From NCBI RefSeq assembly GCF_004010195.1, contig NC_057718.1, positions 15,245,407 through 15,309,406 of the forward strand: DNA of 64,000 nucleotides, given 5' to 3'. Position 1 is the first letter of the stretch, and each line of letters starts with the position of its first letter. Below are positions 48,961 through 61,676 of this stretch, piece by piece. A program made the position numbers and the translations under genes. The DNA comes from Chiloscyllium plagiosum (lineage: Eukaryota). The notes under the pieces were generated by a model that did not search any database, was not told the DNA's origin, and was given only the letters and a program-made list of their open reading frames with translations.

Positions 48961-51159
48961 ACTAGCATCCCTCTAAACGTTTCCTATTCAAGTATCTGTT
49001 TAAATGTCTTTTAAATGCTGTAACTGTACCTGCATCTACCACTTCCTCTGGCAAACATGGAGGGGTACTGATTTAGTAGCAGCAAAAGTTAGAGGTGCAG
49101 TGAGTTATAATAAGCAGGAGATTTCCTTTACTGTACTTGACCTGAGATCATGAGACCAGATGGAAGTCTGGAATCAATGTAAAGGACTTTTCATCTTGTA
49201 CTCATCAGGACACTTTCCAAGAGTACTAATTCAAGGGAGATAACTAAAATTTGTACTGAAGGAGAGGAGAATGCTGACTGTTTGGTTGAAAAATTGCACT
49301 GATTGGCAGATGCTTTACCACAGAGGGTGCACTAGCTAGATGATGACTGACTGCTACTCACCTGAATGGAAAATCTGTTTATTTCAAATTCTACAAATAT
49401 ATTTTTAATATCTATGTATTTATTAGTGTAGTATGCATTATACATTTTTATACTGCAATCTTTGCAATGTGAGTTGAGTAGAATTTGATTTCTTTTGATG
49501 CCATGACTAGAAACTGTTGGAAAACCGGTTCCACAGAAGATGACAGCAACATACTTGATTGACCTTTCAGAGCTAATTATATTTTACTTGTAAAGTCACA
49601 AAATAAATTCCCTGGCAACATTTAGACAGATTGTCAGCTTGTTGCACTTGCTTGCCCAAACTCTCTTGCTGACTCTCTTCTGCAACTTGCCTTCTCTCAC
49701 TTTATCCATACAGCCATTTTCAAGTGTCAGCCCTCACAATGTGTCAGTGGTCTATGTCATAGGTTTATAATGCCTGATCCACAGACTGAATTAGGCCCAC
49801 TTTATGGTGCTAAATAGCCCTTCAATTCAATTGTGAATGAAGAAAAAAGTTGCCCTGCAGAGACTGAGAAATATCAAACAATTAGCAACACCAGCTTTCA
49901 GTGGAAACGTATGTGCCTCCAGCCCCTAGCACCACTTTAATCTCTCTTCAACAGGGATCTGTTTTAAGAATCCACAGTATTTCAGATCTCAATCTTGCAG
50001 TCATGTTTAATCAAATTCCCAACTAATGGGGATTAATAAACTCAGCAGTCCTTCAGGAGTTATAAAGATTTACACAGGTCTCATTACTGTCCTGCAATGC
50101 AACACAGCACACCCTGTGTGTCAATACCACAAGCAGAGTTATTAAAGTTAAAAATACAAAAAATTATATTTTACAAAATGCTGCGCGGTACAATTGTATA
50201 ATTCAAAAAAGCAGGAATGAGATCCATGTTTGTGTGCAAATTGATAGTTGTTATACACTGTACACATATGACATCCAACCAGTAAATCTCTCATAACAGT
50301 CACTGTACTATGTTATTGCAAAATGATTCAGCAAAGTTTTTCTTGGATTTTATAGTTAAGATTTGCTTGCAATTCAGGTGTGTGTTTGCTTGTTGTGTTC
50401 AAAAAATATACCCATTCGAGGTCTGTTCAAAGTGAAGTCACATTTTATACACTCCCATAAGAAAGAAGTAGACTTGCTGATGTTAGAGGTTCATGATCAG
50501 AGTTCCCTAATGGAGGCAGGCGATGATTTATAGCAATTTTCTGGAAGTTTATTGAGGAACAGTAGTTTAGATATGGTACCCTTAGTTAATTGGGCAAAGG
50601 AAAGAAATATATAACCTATGACAGATGAGAATATTGATGCCAGAACCGTCTGCAGAATGGAATAGAATGGCAACGCACTCCCATGTCCCAGTGGTCCCAT
50701 GCCCTTTTGTGGTGGACTCTAGTACTCTTTGGTGGTATCCTGGTCTTCCCCCAAGCAGATGGTGTGACTCATCTCCTGGGATCTTCTTGCTTCATCCTTC
50801 CTTCCTTTCCTTGCTATTATGCCTGTTATGGGGTCTGTCGTTCAAACATCTTTCTGGCCACTTTTGGCCAATGGCTATGGGACAGCTACTAATGATGTCA
50901 GATGATTGCTGACCTCTTGCCCACCTCCATTGGAGGTTAGTTTTCATTCCTTCTAAGAACAAAATCTTCTCATTTTCAAAAACAATACACTTATGTTAGG
51001 GTACATTTGGCACCAGATAAATTGTTGATGCTAATTCAACTTGCATCGTGACTTTCATGTTTCTCATAATTCTTCACTTTTGTTTACCCATGCAAGAATT
51101 TTAGAAAATTAAATACTGCTGCTAAAGCTATTAAATGAAATTTCATTCTACATGACAAA

Positions 51160-53215
51160 TGCTGAAGGTGGATAAATTACCTGTACTACATTTCTACACC
51201 CCAGAGTTCTGAAGAAGATAGCTGAAGAGATAGTGGAGCATTAGTGGTGATCTTCCAGGAATTGCTGGAGTAGAGGAGCATCCCAGAGGACTGGAAAATC
51301 GTAATGTAACCGCTTGTTTAAAAAAGGAGTAAGGCAAAAGGCCTTTTAGCCTGACCTCAGTTATTGATAAGATTTTGCTGTCCATTGTGAAGGATGAGAT
51401 TTTTGAATAGTTGAAAATGCCTGATAAAATAAGGCAAAGTCATAAGACCATAAGACATAGGAGTGGAAGTAAGGCCATTCGGCCCATCGAGTCCACTCCG
51501 CCATTCAATCATGGCTGATGCGCATTTCAGCTCCACTTACCAGCGTTCTCCCCGTAGCCCTTAATTCCTCTAGACAACAAGAATCTATCAATCTCGGCCT
51601 TGAAGACATTTAGCGTCCCGGCTTCCACTGCACTCCGTGGCAATGAATTCCACAGGCCCACCACTCTCTGGCTGAAGAAATGTCTCCGCATTTCTGTTCT
51701 GAAATGACCCCCTCTAATTCTAAGGCTGTGTCCACGGGTCCTAGTCTCCTCGTTTAACTGAAACAATTTCCTAGCATCCACCTTTTCCAAGCCATGTATT
51801 ATTTTGTACGTCTCTATTAAGTCTCCCCTTAATCTTCTAAACTCCAATGAATACAATCCCAGTATCCTCAGCCGTTCCTCATATGTTAGACCTGTCATTC
51901 CAGGGATCATCCGTGTGAATCTCCGTTGGACTCGTTCCAGTGCCAGTATGTCCTTCCTGAGGTGTGGGGACCAAAACTGGACACAGTCAGCATTGAGAGA
52001 TCATGCCTGACAAATCTGTTAGAATTCTTTGAGGAGGTAAGGAGCAGGTTCAACCAAGGAGAACCAAAGGAGGTTATCTACTTGGACTTCCAGAAGCCCT
52101 TTGACAAGGTGCTGCACAGAAAGCTGCTGAGAGGTAAGGGCCCATGGTGTTAAGAGGCAAGGTACGAACATGGATAGATGATTGGCTGTAGGCAGAAAGT
52201 AGAGAGTGGGGATAATATAGTCCTTATCAGGATGGCAGCCAGTGAAAAGTGGTGCTTCGCATGGGTCAGTGTTGGGACCACACTTCTCATTTTATACATT
52301 AATGATCTAGATGAAGGAACTGAGGGCATTCTGGCTAAGTTTGCAGATAGATGGACGGACAGGTAATATTAAGGAGGTAGGGAGGCTGCAGAAGGATTTG
52401 GACAAGAATGGGCAAAGAATTGGCAAATGGAGTACAATATGGGAAAGTGTGAGGTCATGTACTTTGGGTACGAGGAATAGAGGCATAGACTATTTTCTAA
52501 ATGGGGAGAAAATTCAGAAATCTGAAGTGCAAAGTGACTTGGGAGTCCTAGCCCAGGATTCTCTCAAGGCTAATTTGCAGGTTGAGTCAGGCAAGTACGG
52601 TAAAGGCATTTATTTCAAGAGGACTAAAATATTCAAGCAAGGGTGTACCTCTGAGATTTTAGGCTCTGGCCAGACCACATTTAGGGTATTATGAGCAATT
52701 TTGGGTCCCATATCTCAGGCAGGATGTACTGGCCCTGGAGTGGGTCCAGATGAGGTTCACAAAAATGATCCCAGGAATGAAAGTCTTTACAATTGAGGAA
52801 TGTTTGACAACTCTGCATTTATACTCGATGGAGTTTAGAAGGATGAAGGGGGATCTAATTGAAACAGAATGCTGAACAACCTGGACAGAGTGGACATTGG
52901 GAAAATGTTTCCATAAGGAGGAGAGACTAGGACCCAAGGGCACAGCCTTAGAGTAAAGGGAAGATCCTTTAGAACAGAGATGAGCAGAAACTTCTTCATC
53001 CAGAGATTGGTGAATCCATGGAATTTATTGCCACAGAATGCTGTGGAGGCTCAGTCATTGAGTATATTTAAGGCTGAGATAGATAGGTTCTTGATTGTCA
53101 AGGGGATCAAGGGTTATGGGAAGAAAACAGGAGAATGGTGTTGAGAAACTTACCAGCCATGATTGAATGACAGAGCAGACTCGAGTGGCCTAAGTTCTGC
53201 TCCAGTGTCTTATGC
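51160..53215 (+). mobile_element. CR1-clade LINE RT pseudogene with 3' end
   Basis: SCLTNLLEFFEEV, YLDFQKPFDKV, YINDLDEGTEGILAKFAD; 3' UTR ending gtcttatg. Confidence 0.88.
51441..51987 (-). mobile_element. Younger CR1 3' fragment nested antisense in the older CR1
   Basis: Uninterrupted ORF2 end MIPGMTGLTYEERL...WNSLP...GKWS and (gtcttatg)n tail. Confidence 0.9.
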
Positions 53216-54974
53216 TTACAAAATCAGTTTTTTAAGGGACCCCAATATCCAACAGACTTTAACATGGACATATTTCATGTAGCATTGTGATTGTGTTCCA
53301 TCGTTGGAGATGTGATCTTCTAGGTTAGTTATTCCTCAAAATGTTGACAACTTAATGTAGTGTCCTCCTGTGAATGTGAAATATATTTCAACATTATTAA
53401 AATTGCAGGAAATGATCCTAACCAACATTCTTTACTCAACCAAAATTGGAAAAACAGATCAACTGATCGTGCAACAGCTTACTTTCTGCAAATTGCTTGC
53501 AATATTTTTCCACTCAATCAAACTGTTTTGAACTGCTTCTGAAGTCATACAATAGAATGTTACATGAATTGAATTATCTCCCAATTTTGAAAACAATAAA
53601 ATTCTGAATTTTTTCCCCACATTCTCTTATTTTGCCAGATTGCCTTGTCACTGGAAAGTCTAGGATATCATTCATAGGAAGACATCTGAAGTACATTGCA
53701 TTTGAGTATGGGAGTAAAACCAGAACTATCTAACCCAGGAAAACTCCAACTTAATTTCTTTATTCTCTTGTGGGATGAGGGCATCACTAGCTTGCCAAAA
53801 TTTATTTCCTGTCTCTAGTTGACCTTGAGAGGGTTATGATGAGCTGCCTTCTTAAACCTTTGCAGTTTATATGCTGTAGGTAGACCCACAATGCCCTTAG
53901 GGAGAGAATTCCAGGATTTTGCCAATTGCAATGAAGGAATAGTGACCTATTTCCCAGTCAGGATGGTGAATGGCTTGGAGGGGAATTTACATCGTACTCC
54001 AAGTGGGGAATATACCACCATACTCCTGACTTGATCCTTGTAGATGTTTGGGGAGTCAGGAAGTGAGAACACTGAGTTCTGAGGAAGGGGCACTGAACCT
54101 GAAACTCTGATTTCTCTCTGCAGATGCTGCCAGACTTACTGAGCCTTTCCAGCAATTTCTGTTGTTGTTTCTGATTTCTAGCATCCGCAGTTCTTTCTGT
54201 TTTTACAGAAGCAATCTGGCTATTCAGCTCATCATGTCTGCTTCAATCAACAAAGAACTGACGACACAAATGTAATTTTCTAGCTATTGGCCCACATACC
54301 TGGAGTTATGGCAACGCAACTGAATATCAAAATGCTTCTGAAACATTATGAAAGCTTCTGACTCAACCCTCTTTTAGGCAGTACATTCTCGACACTGTGA
54401 ATGCAAAAGCTTCTCCTCAACTCTCCACTTGGCCTTTTACTGCTTACCTTAATCTATGAGCTCTGGTCATTGTACTAATAGAAAGAAGTGCCTTCGGACC
54501 TATCCGGTCATAATCTTATATACCTCTATCAGTTCTCCTTTCAACCTTCACTGCTCTGAAGAAAACAAACCTTGCTCATTCAATCTGTCCTCATATCTTA
54601 AGACTCATCAGCCTATGGAACATCCTGGTAAATCTCCTCTGCACCCTCTTGTATGCAATCACATCTTTACTATAATTCAGTGACCAGTACTGCACATTGT
54701 ACTCCAATTATTTATGGATTTTCAGAAATATTTGATAAATGCAGGGTTGCATGTAGATGTAGGTAGAATGGTATGTTTGGCAGAAAAGTGGAAAATGAAA
54801 CAGAGAAGTATGAGAGAATATATTTTATAATGTAGTGCTCCAAAACAAAGGAATAGCAATAAATGGGATGATACTTAATGCTGCAAAGAAACAAAGCGAG
54901 TTTGGAGTTTTGTAGTTCCTCACTTGAGGTTGTAGTTGTGTTCCTAAAACTGAAAGTTTAAGTGAAAAATTATA

Positions 54975-56085
54975 AGTAGATAGGATAATGAACAAAGCAT
55001 TTTGTATGCTGCTCTTGTTGGTCAGAGCATTGAGTACAGGAGTTGGGAGGTCATTTTGCAGCTGTACAGGAAATTGGTTAGGCCACGTTTGGAGTATTGT
55101 GTGCAATTCTTGCCTCCCTCCTATTGGAAGGACATTATGAAACTTGAAATGGTTCAGAAAAGATTTATAAGGATGTTGCAGGTGACCACCATTGCACTAT
55201 ACACACACACAGATACTCCTACAAACACACACACTCTCACACACAGGCACTCCTATACACACATACACACGGACACACATATACACAGACACGCACACAG
55301 ACACCCACACACACCCTTACAGACACACACACTCCCACACTCACGCATGCACCCCCTCACAGACTTAAGACACTCTGCACTTACTACACACACACATATA
55401 TACTTTCTCACACTCACAACCCCCAACCCAGACAGACACACACAGACAGACAAAGACCCACATGCACACATATATTTTGTGGGGTGAATTTGTACTTGCA
55501 AGGTTACATTGTACTTTGCTCAAAAACTGCATGAATTAATGTAAAACTCCGTTATCTCACTTTTAAGATTAGAATCAATCTAAACATCATGGCATAGACA
55601 GAGAACACAGGGGGCTAACACCTTCAACATATTGTTTAGCTATCACCACTGTTAACAGCTAACCTGAGAATGCAACTTTTTTTTAAAAAAAGGTTTTGTG
55701 ATTTACACATGAAAGAAGTGAAACTGTCATGGTATTCTAACAGATGAAAGGCTTAACAGACAATCAATTGCTCAGTTACATCACACTGTAAATTTTTGCT
55801 ATAAATTCTGTGTATTAGGATTGAGCCCTCCACTACCACCTAATGAAGGAGTGACGCTCCTAAAGCTAGTGTGCTTCCAATTAAACCTGTTGGACTATAA
55901 CCTGGTATTGTGTGATTTTTAACATTTAAAAGGCATCTGGATGGGTATATGATGAGGAAGGGTTTAGAGGTTTATGGGCCAAGTGCTGGCAAATGGGAAT
56001 AGATTAGGTTAGGATATATGGTCAGCATGGACGAGTTGGACCGAAGTGTCTGTTTCCATGCTGTACATCTCAATGATTCTATACC
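54975..56085 (+). mobile_element. CR1 3' fragment interrupted by a PLE
   Basis: LVRPRLEYCVQF...KRFIRML at 55070-55180; CR1 3' UTR resumes at ~55922. Confidence 0.8.
55181..55923 (+). mobile_element. Long family C PLE 3' region with CA-rich microsatellite and mutated HHR
   Basis: Ends in the same arm as 18433-18517 but with the core mutated (CTAATGA...CTAAAGCTA). CA-rich tract 55200-55470. Confidence 0.8.
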
Positions 56086-56631
56086 TCTAAGTGGATCAGA
56101 TTTTCTATTATAAGCATAATATCTGCCATTGGGTTTTGTAGGACTACGTTAATCAGAAAATAAATATTAAAGTGTGACAGACACACTTTAAGTTTCAATG
56201 TTGTAAATTTTGACATTTGTAATTAAATGTTTTAAAATAACTAATTAAAATATGCTAGCTCCCTCTAATTACCTATTGCTCACTGCTTTTGCTGTCCCAC
56301 ACTTCCCTTGCACCCTCCAGCTCACTGACCATCCTACTCCTCAACTCTCTACACCCTTATCCCTCCCACTCACTGCCTTTGTTGACTCTGCCACTCTCCA
56401 ACCTTTCAGGTCCCCAACATACAAACACATGCTTATATGAACATACAGATTCAGATGAAGGGTAGCTGAGTGAGCCCCTGGAGCCTGCTCTGCCATTCAA
56501 TAGGATCATGGCTGATCCAACTGTAAACTGACATGCACATTCTCATCTATATAATTTTTCAACTCTTTGCTAAACAATATTATATGTCCCTCTGTATTAA
56601 AAATATTCAACAGCTCTGCTTCTGCCATGAA

Positions 56632-56985
56632 GAGATCATCCAAGAATTCTTTTACTTTTTCTGGTGATCCAGTTATACATAGATCCTCCATGACTGAAGC
56701 GCAGCATTGCCAGATATCGCATGGAATATTGAATATTTAAATCCCTCAGACGCTTCTTCGCCTCATCGAATGCCTTCCTCTTGCGAACCACAACTGGAGA
56801 GAAGTCCTGGAACAACATTATTTTGGAGCCCTTGTATACCATGGAATGGGGGTCTTTCTGGAGGCCTCCAGCAACATTTGTTTTTCCCTGTAATGTTGAA
56901 GTCGAACGAGGACCGGGCAGGGGCGCTGGTTCGACCCGGGCTTGCGATAGCAACCCGGTTGGGCCCGCTCAAAGTGCACCCATGA
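56632..56985 (-). mobile_element. Inverted isolated L1 ORF1 C-terminal fragment
   Basis: Reverse complement of ~57375-57730 (YKGSKIMLFQDFS...KRKAFDEAKKRLRDLNIQYSMRY). Confidence 0.9.
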
Positions 56986-59900
56986 GAGGCTCATGATCCG
57001 CTGAGAGAAAAGAAAATCAAGAACTAGGGTTGCAATTTAGAGATCTGTAGTCAAAGATCCAAGATCTCAGCAACCCAGTAGGTCTGAGTCTGCTGAGCTC
57101 TGCCCAAGACCCAGGCAAAGTGGGGTATACACTCTCACCTCACTTGTTAAATTATTTAAAATAGCTTTTTTCGCAGCAGCAGTTTGATGCATTTTAAAAT
57201 GACCAAAGGCAAAGGTTCACAAAGTTCGCAACAGGTAATCGAAAATCGAGATCATCAGAAAAATATTCAGTTGCTGGGCCTTCCCGAACAGGAGGAGGAA
57301 GGTCAGCTTGTTGATTTTTTGGAGCAATGGCTCCCACAGCTGTTGAAATTGGAGTCGAAGCTGGGCCTGGTGCGGGTTGAGCGGGCCCAACTGGGTTGCT
57401 ATGCACAGGCCTGGGTCGGACCAGCACCCCCACCCGATCCTAGTTCGACTTCAACATTACAGGGAAAAACAAATACTGCTGGAGGCCTCCAGAGTTTTGG
57501 GGAAGGATCCCCATTCCATGGTATACAAGGGCTCTAAAATAATGCTGTTCCAGGATTTCTCTCCAATTGTGGTTCACAAGAGGAAGGCATCCGATGCGGT
57601 GAAGAAGCGTCTGAGGGATTTAAATATTCAATATTCCATGCGATATCTGGCCACACTGCGCTTTAGTCATGGAGGATCTGTGTATAACTTCGGATCACCG
57701 GAAAAAGTAAAAGAATTCTTAGATGCTCTCAAATGGACTGCAGGACATGAACAATATGGATAATGACTTTATTTTGCTTCCTTTTTTGTTTTCTCTTCTC
57801 CTCTTTCTCTTTTCCATATTTCCTCGGGCGGGGGTGGGGAGGCTCGTTCTTTCTCTTTTCTTTTGACTCCTTTCTATAACTCGCTCGGTTTATCCAATTA
57901 TTGGGGATTGTTTTTGAGTTGTTGTTTGTTGCTTAATACTTGCTGGGATTGTAATTTTGTAATTTTATATATTTTTATCTTATGTTGTTGTTTTGTTAAG
58001 TGTACCTAGGTAATAGTATGGAGGGGATGGGTTGGTCACCCACTTTTAACTCCTGTATTATAAGATATTGGCATTTATTTACTCTACTTTGTGATGTCTG
58101 GGCCGAGGGCATGGCTCGAGCTGGGAGATGTTATGGTGGAATTACTGGAAGGTAGAAGTGCCTCCTGTGGACAAGGGGGAAAGTCTCCTTTTAAATATGT
58201 TTTATGTTTTTTTTAGGAGTAGTTCTTAGCTGTTTTGATTTAGTTGTTTTGAAGGGTATTCTTATATGTGAATTGTTTATGGTTTTTCTACTCAATGTCT
58301 TTTGGGTGGGGTTTTTCCTCCTGGGGGGTCTCAGGCTTGATCATGGTTAGTCATTCGTTTAGGTGGTGCACCTGGAATATCAAGGGAAGTCACTCACCAA
58401 TCAAAAGGAAAAAGATCTTGTCAAGTCTGAAAAAAGAAAGGGTTAATGTATCCCTTCTATCAGAGACACATCTACTTGATAAGGAGCATTCAAAGCTGCA
58501 ACAGGTTGGATTTGGCCAGGTGTTCTTTTCATCTTTCAGCTCAAAACGTAGGGGAGTGGCCATTCTTATTCGGAAGAATCTTCCCTTCCAAATGCTAAGC
58601 CAGATAAAAGATGAGTCTGGACAGCATACATTACTTAAAGCCCTAATATTTGGAGAGGAATACGGGATTTTGAATCTTTACTGCCCCCCCGGCACACCCT
58701 TTTAAATTTGTAACAGAAGCATTCTCCAAGTTGATGGCTCTCCGGGTGCGCCACACAATCATAGGGGGAGATTTTAATTGTATCATCGACCCCGAGGTGG
58801 ACAGGATACCTAGGAGCTCCCCGGGTATATCTCTGAGACCTAGGCAATTGGCTGATCTGAATATGGGGCTGGTAGATATGTGGAGGTGTCTTCACCCTGA
58901 GGGTAGAGATTTTACTTTTTATTCTAATCCACACAAATGCCATACCAGAATTGATTTTTTTCTTGTCCGTTCGACCTTTCTGAATTCGATATTGTTTTGT
59001 AAAATGGGTAATATAACTATTTCCAACCACGCCACAATATATATGGAGGTTAAGAGTAGTAATGACGAGATGGGTTCCCGACATTGGTGTATGGACCCTT
59101 TCCTATTGAAGGATAGTAAGTTCATAAAGTATTTCTCGCAGGAATTTAAAACTTTCTGGGATATCAACTGAGACATGGCCAGTAACCCATCGGTGATGTG
59201 GGAGACAGCTAAGGCATACGTGCGAGGTTTGATTAGTTCATATTCTGCGACCCAGAAAAGACAAAAGGGAGAACAACAGCGTCTGCTCGAGGTCGCCTGA
59301 AGGCAGCTGAGACAGCATATGTTGACAGGCCCTCCATTACTAAACTACAGCGGATCACAGCCCTCTGGGCAACTTTGAATACCGCACTTACTCAAACAGC
59401 AAAAATGGAGATATTATTGCAAAGCAGAGATTATTTGAATACGGCGATAAGCCTGGCAGGTATCTAACATACCTTGCCAAAAAGAAAAAGGCTCCCCAAT
59501 CTATTATGTCTATTAGAGAGAGTGCTGGTACCCTGACTTGTGATCGTAAAAAGATTCATGCAGCCTTTAGAAAGTTCTATTTGGAATTGTATAAGTCGGA
59601 GGGCTGTGAGGATAGAACGAGGAAGATGGGAGTCCTTTTTTAAAAATCTGGCCCTCCCAGGCCTAACCTCGGAGCAGGTGTCGTTCTTGAAAGCCCCCCT
59701 GACAACCTAGGAAGTACAGGAGGCGGTGAGGCAGCTCCAGAGCAGTAAAGTGCTCAGACCGGATGGATTCCAGGCTGCGTTCTATAAAGAATTTATAGTT
59801 GAATTAGTCAGGCCACTTATACATATGTATAATTATTCACACAGTCAGGGTTGCCTCCCGCCTTCCCTGAGAGAAGCAAATATTTCTCTCATTCTCAAGA

Positions 59901-60087
59901 AAGGAAAAGCCCCAGATGATTGCTCTTCGTACGGACCCATATCCTTATTGAATGTGGATTTTAGAATTCTCTGAAAAATGTTGGCATTAAGATTGGAGAG
60001 GGATTTACCATTCATTATAAAAGAGGATCAGACGGGGTTTATAAAGGGTCGCAGATCAACTAATAACATTAGAAAAGTCTTAAACAG

Positions 60088-60147
60088 GGCACTGCTCCTC
60101 GGATGCTGCTTGAACTGCTGTGCTCTTCCAGCACCACTAATCCAGAA
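60088..60147 (+). mobile_element. ~60-bp PLE arm fragment inserted in L1 RT
   Basis: ctgctcctcggatgctgcttgaactgctgtgctcttccagcaccactaatccag splits KVLN|MVQAC. Confidence 0.8.
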
Positions 60148-61551
60148 CATGGTACAAGCCTGCCAGCAGGGAGCAATACTGGGATTAGTTGTCTCCCTTG
60201 ATGCATAGAAGGCATTCGATCGGGTAGAATGGCCATATCTCTTTTATACTTTGGAACGGTTTGGTGTTGGAGAGGTCTTTACTAAATGGGTTACAGTATT
60301 ATATAATGACCACAAAGCAACGGTGATTACCAATGGTGTAAGTTCAGATAGCTTTAGTGTTGGCAGAGGTTGTCATCAGGAATGCCCTCTCTCACCATTA
60401 TTATTTACGCTAGTGATTGAGCCGCTGGTGGAAGCTATACAAACTGACCCTAATATAACGGCCTCGGATGTTGGATCGGGTAAGCATAAATGCACTCTCT
60501 ATGCAGATGACATCCTTCTTTTCTTAAATGACCCATTGACATCTGTGCCCGCTTAATTCAAGTGGTTAACTTATTTGGTATGTCTAAGGTTACAAAATCA
60601 ATTTTATGAAATAGGAGGCCATGCTGCTAGAAGGTCTTACCAGCAGATGGATCCCGTTTCCCCTTTCGGTGGTCACTGGGAGGTTTTCTTTACTTAGGTA
60701 TTTTTATTAATCTGGTATTTGGTCAGCTGTATAAAGCCAACTATACACACTTATTAGAGAAAATAAGACAGGGCCTTCAACGCTGGGAAGATCTCCCAAT
60801 ATTCTGGCTAGTAAGAATAGCTTTGATTAAAATGAATATTCTACCTTGCCTTTTATACTATATGAGAATGCTCCCCTTGATGCTGCCGAGACAGGCGCTG
60901 CGAAAGATCTATGGTTGGCTCGGCTCCTTTATTTGGAGTCATAGTCGGGCCCTTATTAAATTAGATAAGCTGTAGCTCCCACAAGTAAGGGTTGAGCTGG
61001 ATTTTCTGGATTTCAGGAGGTACCAATTGAGCTCTCTGTTATCTTACGTAGCTGACTGGGTCTCCTTTGACCCACAATCAACCTGGTTAGATATTGAGGA
61101 TTCCCATGCAAAATGTCTCTTCATCAATCTATTATTTATGGATAAGATGAGAGTTATTATGGATCATTGTAAAAATCCTACTGTATTAAGACAATAAAAG
61201 CTTGGAGGATAATGCGACAGGATGAGGGTCATCTACAAAAAACATCCCCTTATACCCTATTGTGGAATGTTGGGATTCCAGCCAGGGCTGACTGATGCTG
61301 TATTTAAAATCTGGGAGTCCAGAGATATCTCGTGTTTGGGAGATCTGTTCGATGGGGAGGTCATGATGTCCTTCAAACAGTTACGTCAGATATTTGGGTT
61401 GCGTAGCAAAGACCTTTTTCGATATTTTCAAATATGAGACTTCATACAAAAGAAAACCACATTGATAATTAATCCTTATAAATTGGATCTGGAAAGGAGA
61501 GTGCTTTGGCCAATGGGTTCACCCTTGGTCAGTACTGTCTACCACTTACTA

Positions 61552-61676
61552 CTGAAGAAGGGCTTATGCCCGAAACGTCGATTCTCCTACTCCTTTAATG
61601 CTGCCTGACCTGCTGTGCTTTTCCAGCAACACATTTTTAAGCTCTGATCTCCAGCATCTGCAGTCCTCACTTTCTC
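61552..61676 (+). mobile_element. PLE terminal fragment (family A) in L1 ORF2, beginning at an intact HHR core (61552-61579)
   Basis: CTGAAGA-A-GGGC-ttat-GCCC-GAAACGTC. 11-bp TSD ccacttactac at 61542-61552 and 61677-61687. Confidence 0.88.

Noticed and set aside
53490..53560. Minus-strand mini-exon MTSEAVQNSLIEWKNIASNLQK|gtaagc
   Set aside because: No recognisable homology or convincing acceptor.
55002..55501. His/Thr-rich and Cys/Val-rich ORFs
   Set aside because: CR1 fragment fused to a CA microsatellite.
56632..57053. L1 twin-priming 5' inversion
   Set aside because: The inverted piece duplicates sequence still present in the element and lies outside the TSD.
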